Assembly (NCBI GenBank): GCA_002269645.1
Contig: NIVC01003470.1
Coordinates: forward strand, 1-64,000
DNA: 64,000 nt
Source: Macrostomum lignano
Lineage: Eukaryota
Direction of reading: 5' to 3'
Part shown: positions 38,609 through 51,976 of the stretch, piece by piece
How positions within the stretch are numbered: the first letter of the stretch is position 1
Layout of the letters: each line of letters begins with the position of its first letter
Position numbers and translations under genes: made by a program
Notes under the pieces: model-generated
Seen by the model: the letters and a program-made list of their open reading frames with translations, nothing else
Database searches by the model: none
What the model was told of the DNA's origin: nothing

Positions 38609-40877
38609 TTATATAATAGGTCATAGTCTAGAAAGTTTCATTTATTTCAAGGGAAGATTCTAGTGTACATTTTTTATTTGTATTTAGAAACTCATAATTT
38701 ACTAGTACTTATTATATCCTATTATCTTATGCACCTTTAGTCTTACTCTTAATCAAATTGATAATTGATGAACTTTGTCTTTAGCCCTAGGCCCCTCTAT
38801 TTATGATTGGGTTTTTTATGTGAGGTTACAATAAGTTGAAAAAGACAAAAAAGAAAGTTTATACTGCTTTCTATAACTTTAAATTGCTAGTAATAGAATT
38901 TGAAAATTCAATTTTAAATTTAGGAATTTGAAAAATAGAAAGTATAAATAATAAATTTAGAAATGGTATCTTTTAAATATAATACCCCCTAACTATACAA
39001 TAGAATTGTTTGTTGAATTATTCTTTGCTTGAATTTGATTCCCTTTTATTTTAGAGTCCAAAAATATAAAACAAAGTTTTTATATTAATAGTTTAACATA
39101 TACTAGCAGCTAAATTATTTGTTATAGTCAATTGCCACATTGCAACATGAGGGTACTAGTAAGTTAAATAGGGTAATAATGTGCAACCCAGAAAAGGAAG
39201 TTGCCAAAAACTTTCTATGGGAATAGCTACCTCCAGAGATATTCTTGCAAATATGATTGAAATAATCCTTTAGATATACCATGCATTTGCTAAAACATGG
39301 CTTTAGAATAAGCCCACATACCTTCAATATGATTTGTCATAAAGTTGAGTGAGTGATTGACAAATGCATGGTTTAGCAAATATTTATAGGCCAGCCAACT
39401 ATTCATTATTATTCTTGTCCCTAGTTGGGCATATTATTAGATAATAGGTAGCAACATATTAGCCTAGCAGTTTGATGACAATGGCAGAGCAGTTAGAACC
39501 TGACTTTACCATGCCAAGGACCCAGTGACCCTTTTTAGTAGTATTGACTAATATGGTATTTCCAATGAAAAACTTACTTTTGTCAATTTTGACCAGTGTT
39601 TAGACTTCTAAGCTGTATGGGATAGTCTATGAGGTATTAAGTAGAGATATCCTAGTTGAAATTTAGTAGCCTATGAGTGTTTGCTATCATTATTGTTATA
39701 ATATGCAGGGTAACTTATGTTCATTAACTCAAAAGCCATTTGTACCTCTGCAGATGGCATAATCTAACTTGAGACCACTGATCATCTATACTCCCAAGTA
39801 TGCTGTTTTGTGGGGGTTATTCCTATGCACAACTGGGTCTGGGACTGGCACATGCCATGTGCATGGCATACACTGCATGCCTGCACAATGCGCACAGCAT
39901 GCATGGAATGCATCGCACAATGCATATGCCACACAACATTTCAAAGTTCAAAAAGTAATAATAACAATGACAAGAAAATCAAAAAACGAAAACTAGCTAA
40001 TAGAAAATGTGTTTTAAAATAGAAAAGATATAAGCATTTTAAAATTTTGTAGGTTTTATTGTTTACTTTAGACAAAATACGATTTTTTGTGTTACTAGAA
40101 AGCATTTAGTCATATTTAGTCATATTAGTCATATTTAATATTTTGTTTAATGTAGTTTAAAGTAGTTTGTTCAATTTTTTGATGGACAAAAAGTCTAAGA
40201 AACTAGAGAGAAGAGCACTAAGTGGTCTAAGTGGATAAGTTTACTATTAAATTTACTAAATTTACTGCACATTTGTTGGCTGCCCCCCAGTGCTAGAACC
40301 TGAGCCTAAGCCTGAGTCCAAGTCTAACCAGGAGGCCACCACAGACAATGACTTATGAATTGTCATGCTGATTATGACATGCTATGAAGCCTAGAAGGTA
40401 TTTGATTATATATTTATCAAAGTCACCCCCTGGTCTATCCACGTGTGGTGTGCTACAGACTGCAGACCCCCACTAATATATTGGCATATAGCGCAGACCT
40501 ACCCTCTTGGCCTCCCCCCTCTATATGCAGCATGCATGGCCAGGAAATGTTTTCATATACACAGTGCAGGCCTCTCCCCTCTGTGTGCAGCATGCATTTT
40601 CACATACACAGTGCATACTCGAGACTATGGCTGATCATCTAGCCATCTAGAGAATAAGCCTAATAGTCTAAAATCAGAAAAGTAAGCAATGATATAAGTT
40701 TAATTCTAGTATTAGTAGCTTGGCAACTAATTTTTCAATTTTATATATATCTTCTTTAAAGGTTTTGGCTGAAGTTGTCATATTTGAGATTGTCATCTGT
40801 GGCTTACGAGAAAAAACAACTAAATTATCTAAATTGTCATCATCTTAGTATTGGACAATGCTGCATTCACTAAATCG

Positions 40878-41231
40878 TAGGGTTTTTTGCCAGAGACAAG
40901 GTGCGAAATCGCACCTTGTGCCAAATTTCAAGGTGCGATTTTAAGGCTTAGAATGCAATTTCTCTTGAGTCTTGTTTTAGACAACTGGGAATGTATAGAC
41001 ATATCTTACATAAGGCTATAGCCATAGGCTATATGACTTAATAGGATTTAAAGAGTTATTTTGTTTCATATTTTAAGGCAATGCATGAAAAATAGCTTAA
41101 GCATGGTTAAGCCTTTAAAGAAAAATGGTTATATCTAAGACTGCACCTAAACCGCACCTACTTTTTTATTTCAGGGTGCGATTTTTAAATTTAGGGTGCA
41201 TATGCACACTCTGCACACAAAAAAAACCCTG
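40878..41231. mobile_element. hAT-type MITE
   Basis: TIRs (T/C)AGGGTTTTTT and a perfect 8-bp TSD CTAAATCG at 40870-40877 and 41232-41239. Internal GGTGCGA/TCGCACC motifs. Confidence 0.88.
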
Positions 41232-42054
41232 CTAAATCGTCATATTGTGTTGCATTGGCTGCGCAAGGATCTTAGCTCATAGAGCAGCGTGTTCTTGTTT
41301 GCCAACAAATTAAAACGATTTACAGTGTATAACTTAAGGCTTATTCAACTACCATCAAACGAGCCATCAAAATCATACAGTCAAATACAAAGGAATCAAA
41401 TTAAACGAGTCTTTATAGGCCAGGGAAATAATCTCAATCATGCATATACATTATGCGAATCCAGTACCAGTTGAGCAGCCTGACACTCGGCTCATCGCTC
41501 AACTTGATGATACAAATCCAGTACCAGTCGAATAGCCTGCAGCTGAGTTGGATGATTACAGATTAGCCTATTTGTTGTTGGGTGAGCTGTATGCTGATGT
41601 CCAGCCCTTCGAAATGCCATCAGTAATTGCGGACTTAATAATATGGTGTAAGACCAAGATGGCCACACACCAAGATGGCCACAGCTGGGGTGGGGGTCAC
41701 GGAGAATGACAACTGGTTTTCTATTGGATAGCTTCAGGTGGGGAGATGTGGGGTTGCAATGGGGTGGGGGTTTAGACAGGCAGTCAAAATTTTATTAGTA
41801 TATTGCAGGGCTAAAGACAAAAATGGTTACGAGTCTTAATTTCCTACTTATAGTAGGCCCCTAAGAGGTGTAAACATATTTCATATTAAACAAATCTCTT
41901 CTTCATATAAAATCTGGTGTAGCTTTTTTCCATTTCTCTTATTGGTCGAGACTAATTTACTTGTTTAAAGGGATAAAAACTGGGTAAATTTCATGCCCTG
42001 TTCAAAATTCATCTGTCTTATTCACTGACAGCAGTCTAAGCACTTAGATACAAA

Positions 42055-43914
42055 ATGGCAGGCGCATATCCATGTGTGGTCTGTCTGCAGCCAGTTTGCG
42101 ATGGACAAGAAGCAATTGAGTGTTCTCAATGCTTGAATTGGCAGCACCGTGCATGTGACAGTCGCGTCACGATCAATCAGTATTCTGCAATGAGAAATGT
42201 TGGTGAGTTTTTCTGGCTTTGCAATCAATGCAATAGACGGGCTCCTGCAGGTAACTTAGCAGTGTCTCAAGCTGCAGATGCTGCAGTGGTACATGTACAA
42301 GCCCCGAATTCTGGACCAGCGGCTGTTCCTCTGCCTGCTGAAAATCCAGAACCAGTGCATTTGATTCTGGCACAAGCAGAAAATTTTCTTTACCAGTATC
42401 CAGATTTCAATGACCCTGATCCAGCTCTGGAAGAATCCATTCAAATTCCTCCAGCAGAGCTTGCACCACCCCGCAGCCCACCTCCCCAGCCCTTTGAGAT
42501 TCTTACAGGTGCAGGATGCAGTCACGGAAAAGACCTTCTAGTGCAGTATGCCCAACGAGACCTTGGCCATCTGATGGATGAAAAAACGCGGCGAAATGGC
42601 AACATATACTATCGCTGCACTAAGCATTTATCACTGCACTTTCATGGCTCCGCAGTCTGCCGTGCTGATGGAACCATACAAGCCCTTGCTCCGCACACGT
42701 GCGATCCAGTTGATCGGCCAGCTCAGAAGAGAAAGGCAGCAAAGGAGGTAAAGGAGGGAGCAAAGCGCATGTTGTTTACCTCTGCTAGAATTATCGCGGA
42801 GGAGAAGGTAAGAGAATTTTCACCTGAAGTGCAGGAGGTGCTTAGTATTGAGTCATTGAGTCGTAATGCTAATTACAGTCGCAAAAAAGATCGCCCTATG
42901 GAACCTGTTGACGTACATTTCCAAGTTGATCCTAGACATGTACCTGCCCAGTTTCATTTGCAGGATGTGACAGTTCCTGAGACAAACAGGCGACACTTCG
43001 TCTTCATGACAACAACTCAGCGAGAACTGTTATCAACCCGACGAATCTTGAAGTGCGACGAAACTTTTAGCATTGTCAAGGCACCTTTCAAACAGCTTTA
43101 CAGTGTACACGGCGCAATTTGCTTTGATGGGCAAGAAAGGCTGGTACCACTTGCCTTCTTTTTGATGTCCGGTAAGGCTCAAGCTGATTATCAAGCCTGC
43201 TTTCGTTGCCTTTGGGAGTCAACAGATAATGCGCCAATCAAGTTCACCTGTGACTTTGAAGCTGCTGCTTGGCAAGCAATTCGGCTGGTATATCCAGGTG
43301 CGCAAGTTTGCGGCTGCTTCTTCCATTATTGTCAAGCTGTCTTCAGGCATGTCCAAAATCTTGGCCTTCAGGTGCAGTATTCCACTGTTCCAGCAGTTAA
43401 GTTGGTTGTACGCATGCTTCTCTTGATTCCATGCTTGCCATCCACTTGTATGCTTGATGGTCTGGCAGCCTGCATTCAACTGGCAATAGGTAATGAGCTA
43501 CTCCTACAGCTAGCCGAGTATGTGCGCACTACCTGGCTGCAGCATCTTGTCTGGGACCGTGATGCTATCTGCATCTTCGAGCAGTACAAGAGGACCAACA
43601 ACGACGTAGAAGCCTGGCATGGTCAACTCAACAAGCGTGGACAGAAGCCGCTGAACTTCTACCTTCTGCTGGACCTGCTACAGCGTGATGCTGAACGGGT
43701 GCGACGGCTACAGCAGCAAGTTCACAGGGGCCAGGTTGTTACTCATCACCAGCAGGTGCATGCCAGGTACGCACGAGTGAATGCTGCCTTCGAGACGCAT
43801 TGCAAACATCTTAGAGAAAGTACACTTTCAATTGCGGCCTTTCTAAGGGCCTGCAGCCATCTGCACACTCAGCCTGTCTGGCAGGTACAGCAGCCTGCAG
43901 ATGAGGAGGCTTAA
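42055..43914 (+). CDS. MULE transposase with an N-terminal PHD finger and a FLYWCH-like zinc finger, 619 aa
   Basis: PHD pattern C2C..C2C..H2C..C2C at residues 7-59. FLYWCH-like LLV...YYRC...HTC. MULE core CDETF (DGTF-like), QLYSVH, PLAFFLM, DFE.A...A, GCFFHYCQAV, RTNNDVEAWH. Confidence 0.92.
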   Translation: MAGAYPCVVCLQPVCDGQEAIECSQCLNWQHRACDSRVTINQYSAMRNVGEFFWLCNQCNRRAPAGNLAVSQAADAAVVHVQAPNSGPAAVPLPAENPEPVHLILAQAENFLYQYPDFNDPDPALEESIQIPPAELAPPRSPPPQPFEILTGAGCSHGKDLLVQYAQRDLGHLMDEKTRRNGNIYYRCTKHLSLHFHGSAVCRADGTIQALAPHTCDPVDRPAQKRKAAKEVKEGAKRMLFTSARIIAEEKVREFSPEVQEVLSIESLSRNANYSRKKDRPMEPVDVHFQVDPRHVPAQFHLQDVTVPETNRRHFVFMTTTQRELLSTRRILKCDETFSIVKAPFKQLYSVHGAICFDGQERLVPLAFFLMSGKAQADYQACFRCLWESTDNAPIKFTCDFEAAAWQAIRLVYPGAQVCGCFFHYCQAVFRHVQNLGLQVQYSTVPAVKLVVRMLLLIPCLPSTCMLDGLAACIQLAIGNELLLQLAEYVRTTWLQHLVWDRDAICIFEQYKRTNNDVEAWHGQLNKRGQKPLNFYLLLDLLQRDAERVRRLQQQVHRGQVVTHHQQVHARYARVNAAFETHCKHLRESTLSIAAFLRACSHLHTQPVWQVQQPADEEA

Positions 43915-43950
43915 AACCTAATCAACTACCCAAGCCGCCCACCCACATCT

Positions 43951-44478
43951 ATTGCCATTTCAGATCATAACGAGTTAAAAAAACCAAAAAAATCCGCACT
44001 TACTTAATATACTGCACCCATTGCTATAATTTGCTTGAACTTTGTCATCTATCCATGCCACCCGTACCATATTGCCATTTCAGATCATAACGAGTTAAAA
44101 AAGCCAAAAAAATCCGCACTTACTTAATATACTGCACCCATTGCTATAATTTGCTTGAACTTTGTCATCTATCCATGCCACCCGTACCTTATTGCCATTT
44201 CAGATCATAACGAGTTAAAAAAGCCAAAAAAATCCGCACTTACTTAATATACTGCACCCATTGCTATAATTTGCTTGAACTTTGTCATCTATCCATGCCA
44301 CCCGTACCATATTGCCATTTCAGATCATAACGAGTTAAAAAAGCCAAAAAAATCCGCACTTACTTAATATACTGCACCCATTGCTATAATTTGCTTGAAC
44401 TTTGTCATCTATCCATGCCACCCGTACCTTATTGCCATTTCAGATCATAACGAGTTAAAAAAAACAAAAAATCCGCAC
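43951..44478. repeat. 120-bp tandem array, 4.4 copies, just downstream of the transposase stop
   Basis: Units start at 43951, 44071, 44191, 44311 and 44431 (ATTGCCATTTCAGATC...) and are nearly identical. Confidence 0.97.
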
Positions 44479-45539
44479 CTTCTTAGTTTCTGCACATTTG
44501 CACATTTCTTGCCAGATATTACACTTTGTTTTACGCTCAAATTTGGGATGGGGGGGGGTTCATTGCGTCGCACTTACAAAGCAAGCAGCCTTTACTTGGG
44601 CTAGTCACTGCATGTATGTGTGACTCAGTGCACTTCTGCCTCCGTAATTCATCAGCATCTCATCATCCCCATCATTATGCATGATATTATATGAGCTACA
44701 TATACAAGCTATTAAAATGCAAATATGAGATACCTTTTGCACCCACATTCGCAGAACAGGCCTGATGAAAGATTTCATAGAAAAACAATTTATTCATTGC
44801 TACAAGCTACAAGCTGTTGTCAATTCGTTGGTATCTAGAAATAATATGAAATATTGTGAATGGGTGGCAACTGATACAGTTTTTTTATTTTTGATTTCTA
44901 CTTCTATTGAGTTCACATACGAGCCGTATTCCAAAAGGTAGGCGGGGTTGCTGTCAATTCAAGCTTGAATGAGCAAAGAGTTAATTTATGGTCAAACAGT
45001 CCTCACAGTGCTCCCCTAGTGGTAGTGATGCCTCACGGATCATTACACTCAAGCCAACCCTATAGAGCAACTTTTTTTTCAATCTTGGCCTATACTGATA
45101 CAATACGATTGGAAGTCATAAATACAGTCTAAATAACTGACTGGCTTGCGTGGCTTGCATGGAGATAAAAATCTATCTATATAAAACAGCTCACATCAAA
45201 TCAGCCATATCATTATTTTTCGTTGCAATCTTTTTTCAGTTTTAACATTTTTAACCAACTGCTATGGTTGGTAACCATGATAACAATCTGGCTTGTAAAT
45301 AAATAACTCAATATAATGACTTTGCATGCAGCACTTAGCATGAAGCCTCAGATTTATTTATGTAAATATCATTTGTACTCTTTATGCACTGCGGCAAATT
45401 TGCACAGATATGAGATGCATGTATTTTTCAGCAAGTACATACCCAAAAAATGCAAGGCTTCAACCAAAGTCTAACAATTCTGAAATATCGTCAAAATAAG
45501 CTGAACCTCTAAATACATGTACAGATACAAGTCTGATAC

Positions 45540-46042
45540 AAACAGAAGAGAAAAGAGATCAGATAGGAGAGATAAAAGAGGAGAAAGGAGAGATGAGAGA
45601 GCAGAGTTGAGAAATGAGACAGTAGAGCTAGAACAGAGGAGAGAGGAGAGGGAAGAGATTATAGAGACGAGTGGAGAGAGAAGAGAAATATGTGAGAGCA
45701 GACATGAGAGACAATGGGAGAGAAGTGGAGTGAAGGAGAAAGGAGAATCAAGAGGACAGGAAGAGAGGAGAAGGGAGAGAAGAGAGATGAGAAGAAATAG
45801 AATGGAGAAGGGAGAGAGTAGAAAGGAGAAGAGAGATGGGAGAGCAGGAGAGATGAGAGGGAGGAGAGAGTAGAGAGGGGAGGTGAAAGAGTAAAGAGGA
45901 GAAAGTTGAGAGAAGAGTTGGGAGAGTTGGGAAAAAAGAGGAGAGATGTTAAAGGAGAGTATAGATAAGAGATGAGAGAGAGGAGATAAGACAAGAAAAA
46001 AATAATAGGAGAGAGGGTCGAGATGATAGAGGAGAGAGAATA
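45540..46042 (+). repeat. GA-rich polypurine tract, about 500 bp
   Basis: Extreme G and A bias on the + strand. The F/L/S-rich minus-strand ORFs here are artefacts of this composition. Confidence 0.9.
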
Positions 46043-46804
46043 GAGAATTTCGCACTGACCTACGAGGTGCAAACAAACACGAGAAATCAAACTGAAATGT
46101 GCTAATTTTAACAGTCTCAGACTTCCATTGTTCCTACAAAATTTTAAACAGCGGGGCAGGACCTCCTGCGGGGCAGACCCATAGAAATCTTTCCGGTTTC
46201 CAAGATAATATTGACTTATAGGGAATAAACACATACCATACAAGCTCAAATTTGAGCTCAAAGTTCGAGCTCAAATATGAGCTCAAATCCTAAATATATA
46301 AACATCGCCACATGAGCATGGAGTCACAACATAGTTTGAATATAATGGAAAGCGCACGTAAATAAGCGAAAAGCGGTATCCAACGGGGCAACACAAGCAA
46401 AATTTCAATATACTAATTGGGAGGGGATTAAGCAATCACGGGCTGACTACCATTCTGCCACTCAGCGGGGGTCGAACGGGAGACTAACTCCTAAAAAATA
46501 AATTTTCTTAGTCCTATAATCTTTAATAGCATGACATCGCCTTCACACATGGGGGCTCCAAGGCCTCCATGCTCCTTCCAGTGATTTTTTTAGAATAGTC
46601 TTTGGCTCTTAGCAAAGACAGCGCACTGCCCCCATCCACCAGAAGGTGCATGGGTGGGCACATTCTCGATTGGATATTTTACAACAAAATCTCTCCTGCG
46701 TTGCCTTCTAGCTGGCCTCAGCTGGTACAAGTCGGGCACTTTTTCAAACATAGGCTTCTTTCCTATGTTTGCTATCTATCTTTCCTATCTTTCCTTCTTT
46801 CCTA

Positions 46805-47780
46805 AGGGGAGAGAGTGGAGACCAGAGATAAATAAGAAGAGAGAGCAAAGATGAAAGAGAAGAGAGGTGAGGGAAGATCGACGAGAGAAGATGGGAGAGA
46901 GGAGATAGGAAAGAAGAGAAGAGAAGAAAGAGAGAAGAGAGAGAGAGAGAAAACAAAATAGAAGATAGAAGTTTCAAAGGATCCGAGGGACATAGAGAGA
47001 GACAAGAGGCCAGAGATTTTGCCAATACATGTTTTCAAAAGACAAGTTTTTGTTTGAGTATGACTTCAGATTTTAGAACTAGATATAAGCTGAGCTGAGA
47101 GAGAAGATGAAAGTAGAGGCTGAGAGTAGAGAGAGGCTGAGAGTGGAGAGGCTGAGAATAGAGAGGTTGAGAGTAGATAGAGGCTGAGAGTAGAGAGGTT
47201 GAGAGTAGAGAGGCTAGTTCACATTGTTCTCAATCCCATTCCACTATACATGTAGTTTTTATCTAATGTGACTAAGCCAGGTGCTTTTAGTGCAGGGGTT
47301 GGCAAACTTTTTACCTCGATTGAGAACCCAGCTCATGACTGCCCTTCTATAGTCTGCTTCGTTGGCCCCTAAAGCGAAGCGAGGAGTCCTGATGACAGCA
47401 GGCCAGAGGTGAGGAGAGAGGGTAAGGAATAGAGAAGAGAAATACAAGCATAGGATAAAGGAGAGGCGAAGGAATAAAGGAGAAGAGAGTTGATGAGAGG
47501 AGAGATTAAATATGAGCAGAGAGAGATCAGAGGATAAGGGAGATTAATGGAGAGGAGAAAGGCGGGAAGGGAGAAGAGAATGAAGAGGAAAAGGGAGATG
47601 AGAGCAGAGGTGAGGAGAGAAGAGAGGATAGAGATGAGGAGAGAGGAGAGGAGAGAGGTGAGGAGAGGAGAAGGCAAGAGATGAGAGAGGAGAGGGCAGA
47701 GATGAGAGGAAGAAAAGATTAGAGACAAGAGAGCAGAGATAAGAGAGAAAAGATAAGAGACAAGAGTGTAGAGATGAGAG
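46805..47780 (+). repeat. Cluster of GA-rich tracts, including a 15-bp repeat (GAGAGGCTGAGAGTA, about 47095-47212) and a truncated hAT/Charlie-like end (CAGGGGTTGGCAAACTTTTT at 47293)
   Basis: Direct inspection of composition and repeats. No partner TIR was found for the 47293 end. Confidence 0.75.
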
Positions 47781-49924
47781 AAAAGATCAGAGAAAAGAGG
47801 GCACTCCAATTTTTGCTTACTTCTATCATAACTAATACCTTTAATCTCTACCTTTAACTTTTAACATATACAAACAACACATCAGTTTTAGTATATTAAA
47901 GATAGGTTTGAAACTATTATCCATGATCCAAAAACCAAATGTATTGTGCTAGTAGTGCTACTAGCTTTAGTAGGTAGTAATACCTGCTATAAAGGGAATT
48001 GTTTTTTGTTATACTTAGTCTAATTTCACTAACGAAATCTGTCTTCTCCGAGACTTGAAGCTAGGTCATACCCTCCCAATCACAGCCAATAGGAAATGAG
48101 ACAATATATAGACCTATTCCTATCCAAGCAGCCATTCAGAGCTGTGGCCATCTTGGTGTGTGGCCATCTTGGTCATGCGCCAATAATATTAAAAATTAAA
48201 ATTAAAAAAAAATAAATTAATACACCCTTGCCTTTGGCTTTGGTCAAAGTCGTCATATTTAAATTTTTAAGTCTTCCAGATTTGTTCAAATTGTCATCAT
48301 CATATGACAATTTTGAATATGACGATTTTGGCTGCACCCTCCTTAAAAAGGCCTGCCCTTATGCTATCATAACATTTTGACTATAGAGATATTTTTATGC
48401 TTTGTATATGCAAAACTGATACTATTTTAAGAATTCCTAATATATCAATGCACAAATTCAAATGTTATGATTATGAAGATGTATCCTAGATAAAATTACC
48501 TACTCACATTATTACCCAATGTTTATGTTATAAGTTAAGCACTAGAAAAATATTATAGGCCTATTGCAGTGGAAAAACTACAGCTTCCTCATATCTAAAG
48601 GAAAAATAAAAGGAGCAGCATGCAAATCCATGATACAATTGACATGCTTTGCTTTAGGGGAAGGGTAGGTATAATATGGTTGCCTAATATTAATAATAGG
48701 ACAGAGAAAATGACTCAAGTAAATGTTATTTACGAAACTTTGAACGAGCTTTAACGACAATTAACGAAGAAAAAAAGTATGAGGAATTAAAAAGACAAGT
48801 ATTGTTTGAATTTGATGTATGTAGTTGGTGATTTTGAACAAATCAGTTTAACCCGTAGGTGATAAAAAAGTATATAGGTATTAATCAGATAATACCAAAT
48901 TTGTATTAAATATGGTATTTGAAAGAGCGTATAGGATTTTTTATAGGGCTAGGTTGGCAATTTGTCTGCATTCGAATTTGTGCACTTCAAGCCGGAAATT
49001 TTTACCGCAATGCATTTGTTTGAATTTGCATTGTTTACTCTGTCTAACTACGCAGGTACTCAATTTCAGGGAAGGGTAGTAAACATATTGTAGTTGAGCG
49101 GACCTCATTCTTCTATATAATATACTGTTTTTTTAATTTGCCAGGGCATTACAATATATTACTTTGCCAAAATGTCACGTAGTCCCTTTCAAGTTTCTCG
49201 TTGCGCTTCTGTCTGAAATCGAAATGAATTTAACTTTAACAGATGATGGTGTTTCAATATAATTTGTATATTTATAGGCGCCATCGCAGTATACAATTTT
49301 AAGTACAATATATTTCTAAATAATAGTTTTTACACTGATTTAAAAAGGGCCTATATTTTTATATTATATAATAAAAATAGGTGGAGCAGGCTAGGGGCTT
49401 AGGGCCTAGTTGAAGGCTTTTTTGTGCATTCATTAGGCCTATCTCCCAAAAAAGCAAACTTGTGAAGTTGCCATTGCCAATGCTAGAAGTTGCTTTTTGT
49501 TTTTGTCAACTATTATTAACAATGACAATAGTACTAGTAGTTGTAGAAGGGAAAGGCTGCATAGTCAGCAATAGGGAAAAAAGCAAGCTTATAACTCGCA
49601 GTATAGGCCTAGCCAGTCTTTGGAAGAAAGTTATTATTATTTACTTGCTAGTAGGCCCCCCCCCTATTAGGCCTACAACCCTAAAAGAACTTTGGTTGGC
49701 AAGGCTTTATCCTCAAAAGCCCACATATGATTGGCACTTGCTCTTGGGTTTGTAGCAATATACTTAGGCCTATGCCTATATTTCATCATATGTTATAATA
49801 TAATGTCTAACAGATTTTGATATCCTATACTAAACCTATCTAGCATTTCCTAGTATAAGCTTATATATAAGCTTGCTTCTACTTGGTAGGCCCTAATGAG
49901 TAAATATGGCACTTAGTAACTAGT

Positions 49925-51400
49925 TCCACCAGTGAACGAGCCGAGAGCAAGAGAACCCGAGGCCCCACCAGGGGCCGAGGGCGAGTGAATAATTTCTACC
50001 CATGGCGGCCAAAGGCCGACATGGGCTAGAAAGTATTTACGAGTAAATAAGTTAGACTCCCATGCATTTTGAAATTTCACGTTTTTTCGCTAAAAATGCT
50101 CCCATTTTGCAACCACTGTACCGATTGAGTTGAGTGAGGTGTCGATCAATACAAAACTTTTAAATCTATCGAATGAATATACTTTTAAGTGCAGAGATTT
50201 TATTACTAAGCCGTAAATTAAGTGGAAAGACGATTTTTTCAAAAGTGCTTCTGGGAGATCTCAAAATTCTGGTACACCTTACGAGATACGGCTTCGACAT
50301 CTGAAGATCAAAGTTGTCAAATTAAATTTTCTACAAAATGGTATATGACACTTTAATTTATTTCAGCGTTTTTAAGCAGTTTTGGTGGGTTTTTTGGGTA
50401 AAAAAATGACCCTCATTTTATTTTTTCGTCACTTTTTCCTACAAAGGTTTTTTAGTTTGGGCTTCAAAGTAGTGCAGTTGGATGCGCAATGCAAAAATCT
50501 ACAAGTGTCTAAAGTTTTGTTTTCCTACGATTCTGCAGTGCTGGGAAAATTGACAAAAATCAATTTTTTAAAAAATCACATGACTTTCGCATTATTGCTC
50601 ATTATAATTTTGAGAACATGGTGCGAATAAGCCGATTACGAATTTCTATAGCATAGTTGCTGCACTATATTGGTTTAAATTGCCGCCCTCTGATTTTGCT
50701 GCTTTCGGGTTAAAAAATCGATCAAAAATCGATAATTTGTGATTTTTGGCTGATTGGGTGCCAGAAAAATGGGTGATTAAATTTTTAAGAGAATGGTAGA
50801 TCAAATGCGGATACTGCAACGAGTTGTACTAATGTCTGGCTAAAATTGACCAAGTTTTTGAGTGTCTGCAACAAGTGCTCATGTGTCAAAAGTGATTGGA
50901 AATCAATCAGAGTAGTGATTTTTTTATATTTTGCTTGAAATCAGGCAAAAAAAACGCAATAAGACGGCATTATTTTTATGACGGCTGATTTCCCACATGA
51001 CAAGGCATATTTGCGTGCAATTTCTAGAGATTCGGTTCATTGGGTAAAAAATTATCGATAAAAAACTGAAAACTTGACTTTTTACTTTTTTGTTGGTTCC
51101 GGGGCTATTTAAACTGGAAATGGTAGGAATTTTGCACTGAAACCAATGCACAGTGTTCCATATAGATAATTTAACAAATTTCTTGAATTTCATAACCATT
51201 CGATGTTTTTTCATGTAAAAATGCCTTTTTTGCATCGAAATTCATCACATTAAGCTGTATACCACTTTGCATAATCTGCATTTGCATGCGATTGCTTGCG
51301 TGGCTTTGGCGTTGGGCTGAGTTAGGCTGGTTAGAAAGGAAAGGAAGGAAGGAATAATTGTACATCCAATGTACACTCCCGTCCCTTTTAACTGGGGTTG
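49925..51400. mobile_element. Probable non-autonomous DNA element with a hairpin-rich left end
   Basis: A CpG-retaining non-coding block between CpG-free flanks. The left end has CCGAGG-CCCC-ACCA-GGGG-CCGAGG and CCCATG-GCGGCC-AAA-GGCCGA-CATGGG hairpins, and GAATAATT occurs near both ends. Boundaries are approximate. Confidence 0.4.
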
Positions 51401-51976
51401 TGGCATATGGGCTTGGACCGGAGAGGCGTCAATAGAGCTTCATTTGCTTCGCGCACAGACGAAGGAAAATTAGATCGATAAACGGGCGTCACGTGATTAG
51501 AATTTAGAGTTAAATTTAGCTCTTTAACTGCACATTTGAATTGCAAGCCCAGTACAAAGTTTGGCGGGTGGCAAGCTCCAAGTCACTACGTGTACAATCC
51601 TCCCCCAGACTATAAGCCAAGGTAAAGACTAAAAGGCTTATGTCCCTTATGAAGTAGCTATGTACAGTGTTTTGGAATGACTTTTATTTATAGCTTTCTT
51701 TGCAACCACGTTGAAGAAGAGGCTTAGGCTTTAGGGTATCTTTAGTGTACTATCTGTTTGAGAGTACGAGTATTGTCCCACAAAACTGGCCTGGCTTTCC
51801 AAGCACTTAAGCTGATGCCTGATGCTAAGAGGATCTGCGCAGAAACAACCAGCTTAATAGGGTTGTATAACCATGCTAGCCGCTACGCGCTGGAGAGTAG
51901 AGAGTTAAGACAATTTTTTAGATCGAGGGCCTATTATAGAAGAATCCAGCTCATCGCTGCGGGCCAGCCGGTCAGA

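Larger units (their letters stand above)
41645..48181 (+). mobile_element. Mutator-like (MULE) DNA transposon, 6.5 kb
   Basis: About 42-bp TIRs GG(T/C)G(T/C)A(A/T)GACCAAGATGGCCACACACCAAGATGGCCACAGCT, an 8-bp TSD AATAATAT on both sides, and an internal MULE transposase ORF. Confidence 0.9.

Noticed and set aside
43951-44478. CRISPR-like appearance of this and other arrays (1-2212, 10464-10602, 26399-26575)
   Set aside because: The units are contiguous with no unique spacers, and the context is eukaryotic with no cas genes.
45471-47809. Long F/L/S-rich minus-strand ORFs and the R/E-rich plus-strand ORF (also at 23717, 51972 and 53552)
   Set aside because: They are translations of GA/TC low-complexity tracts, with no domain signal or splice context.
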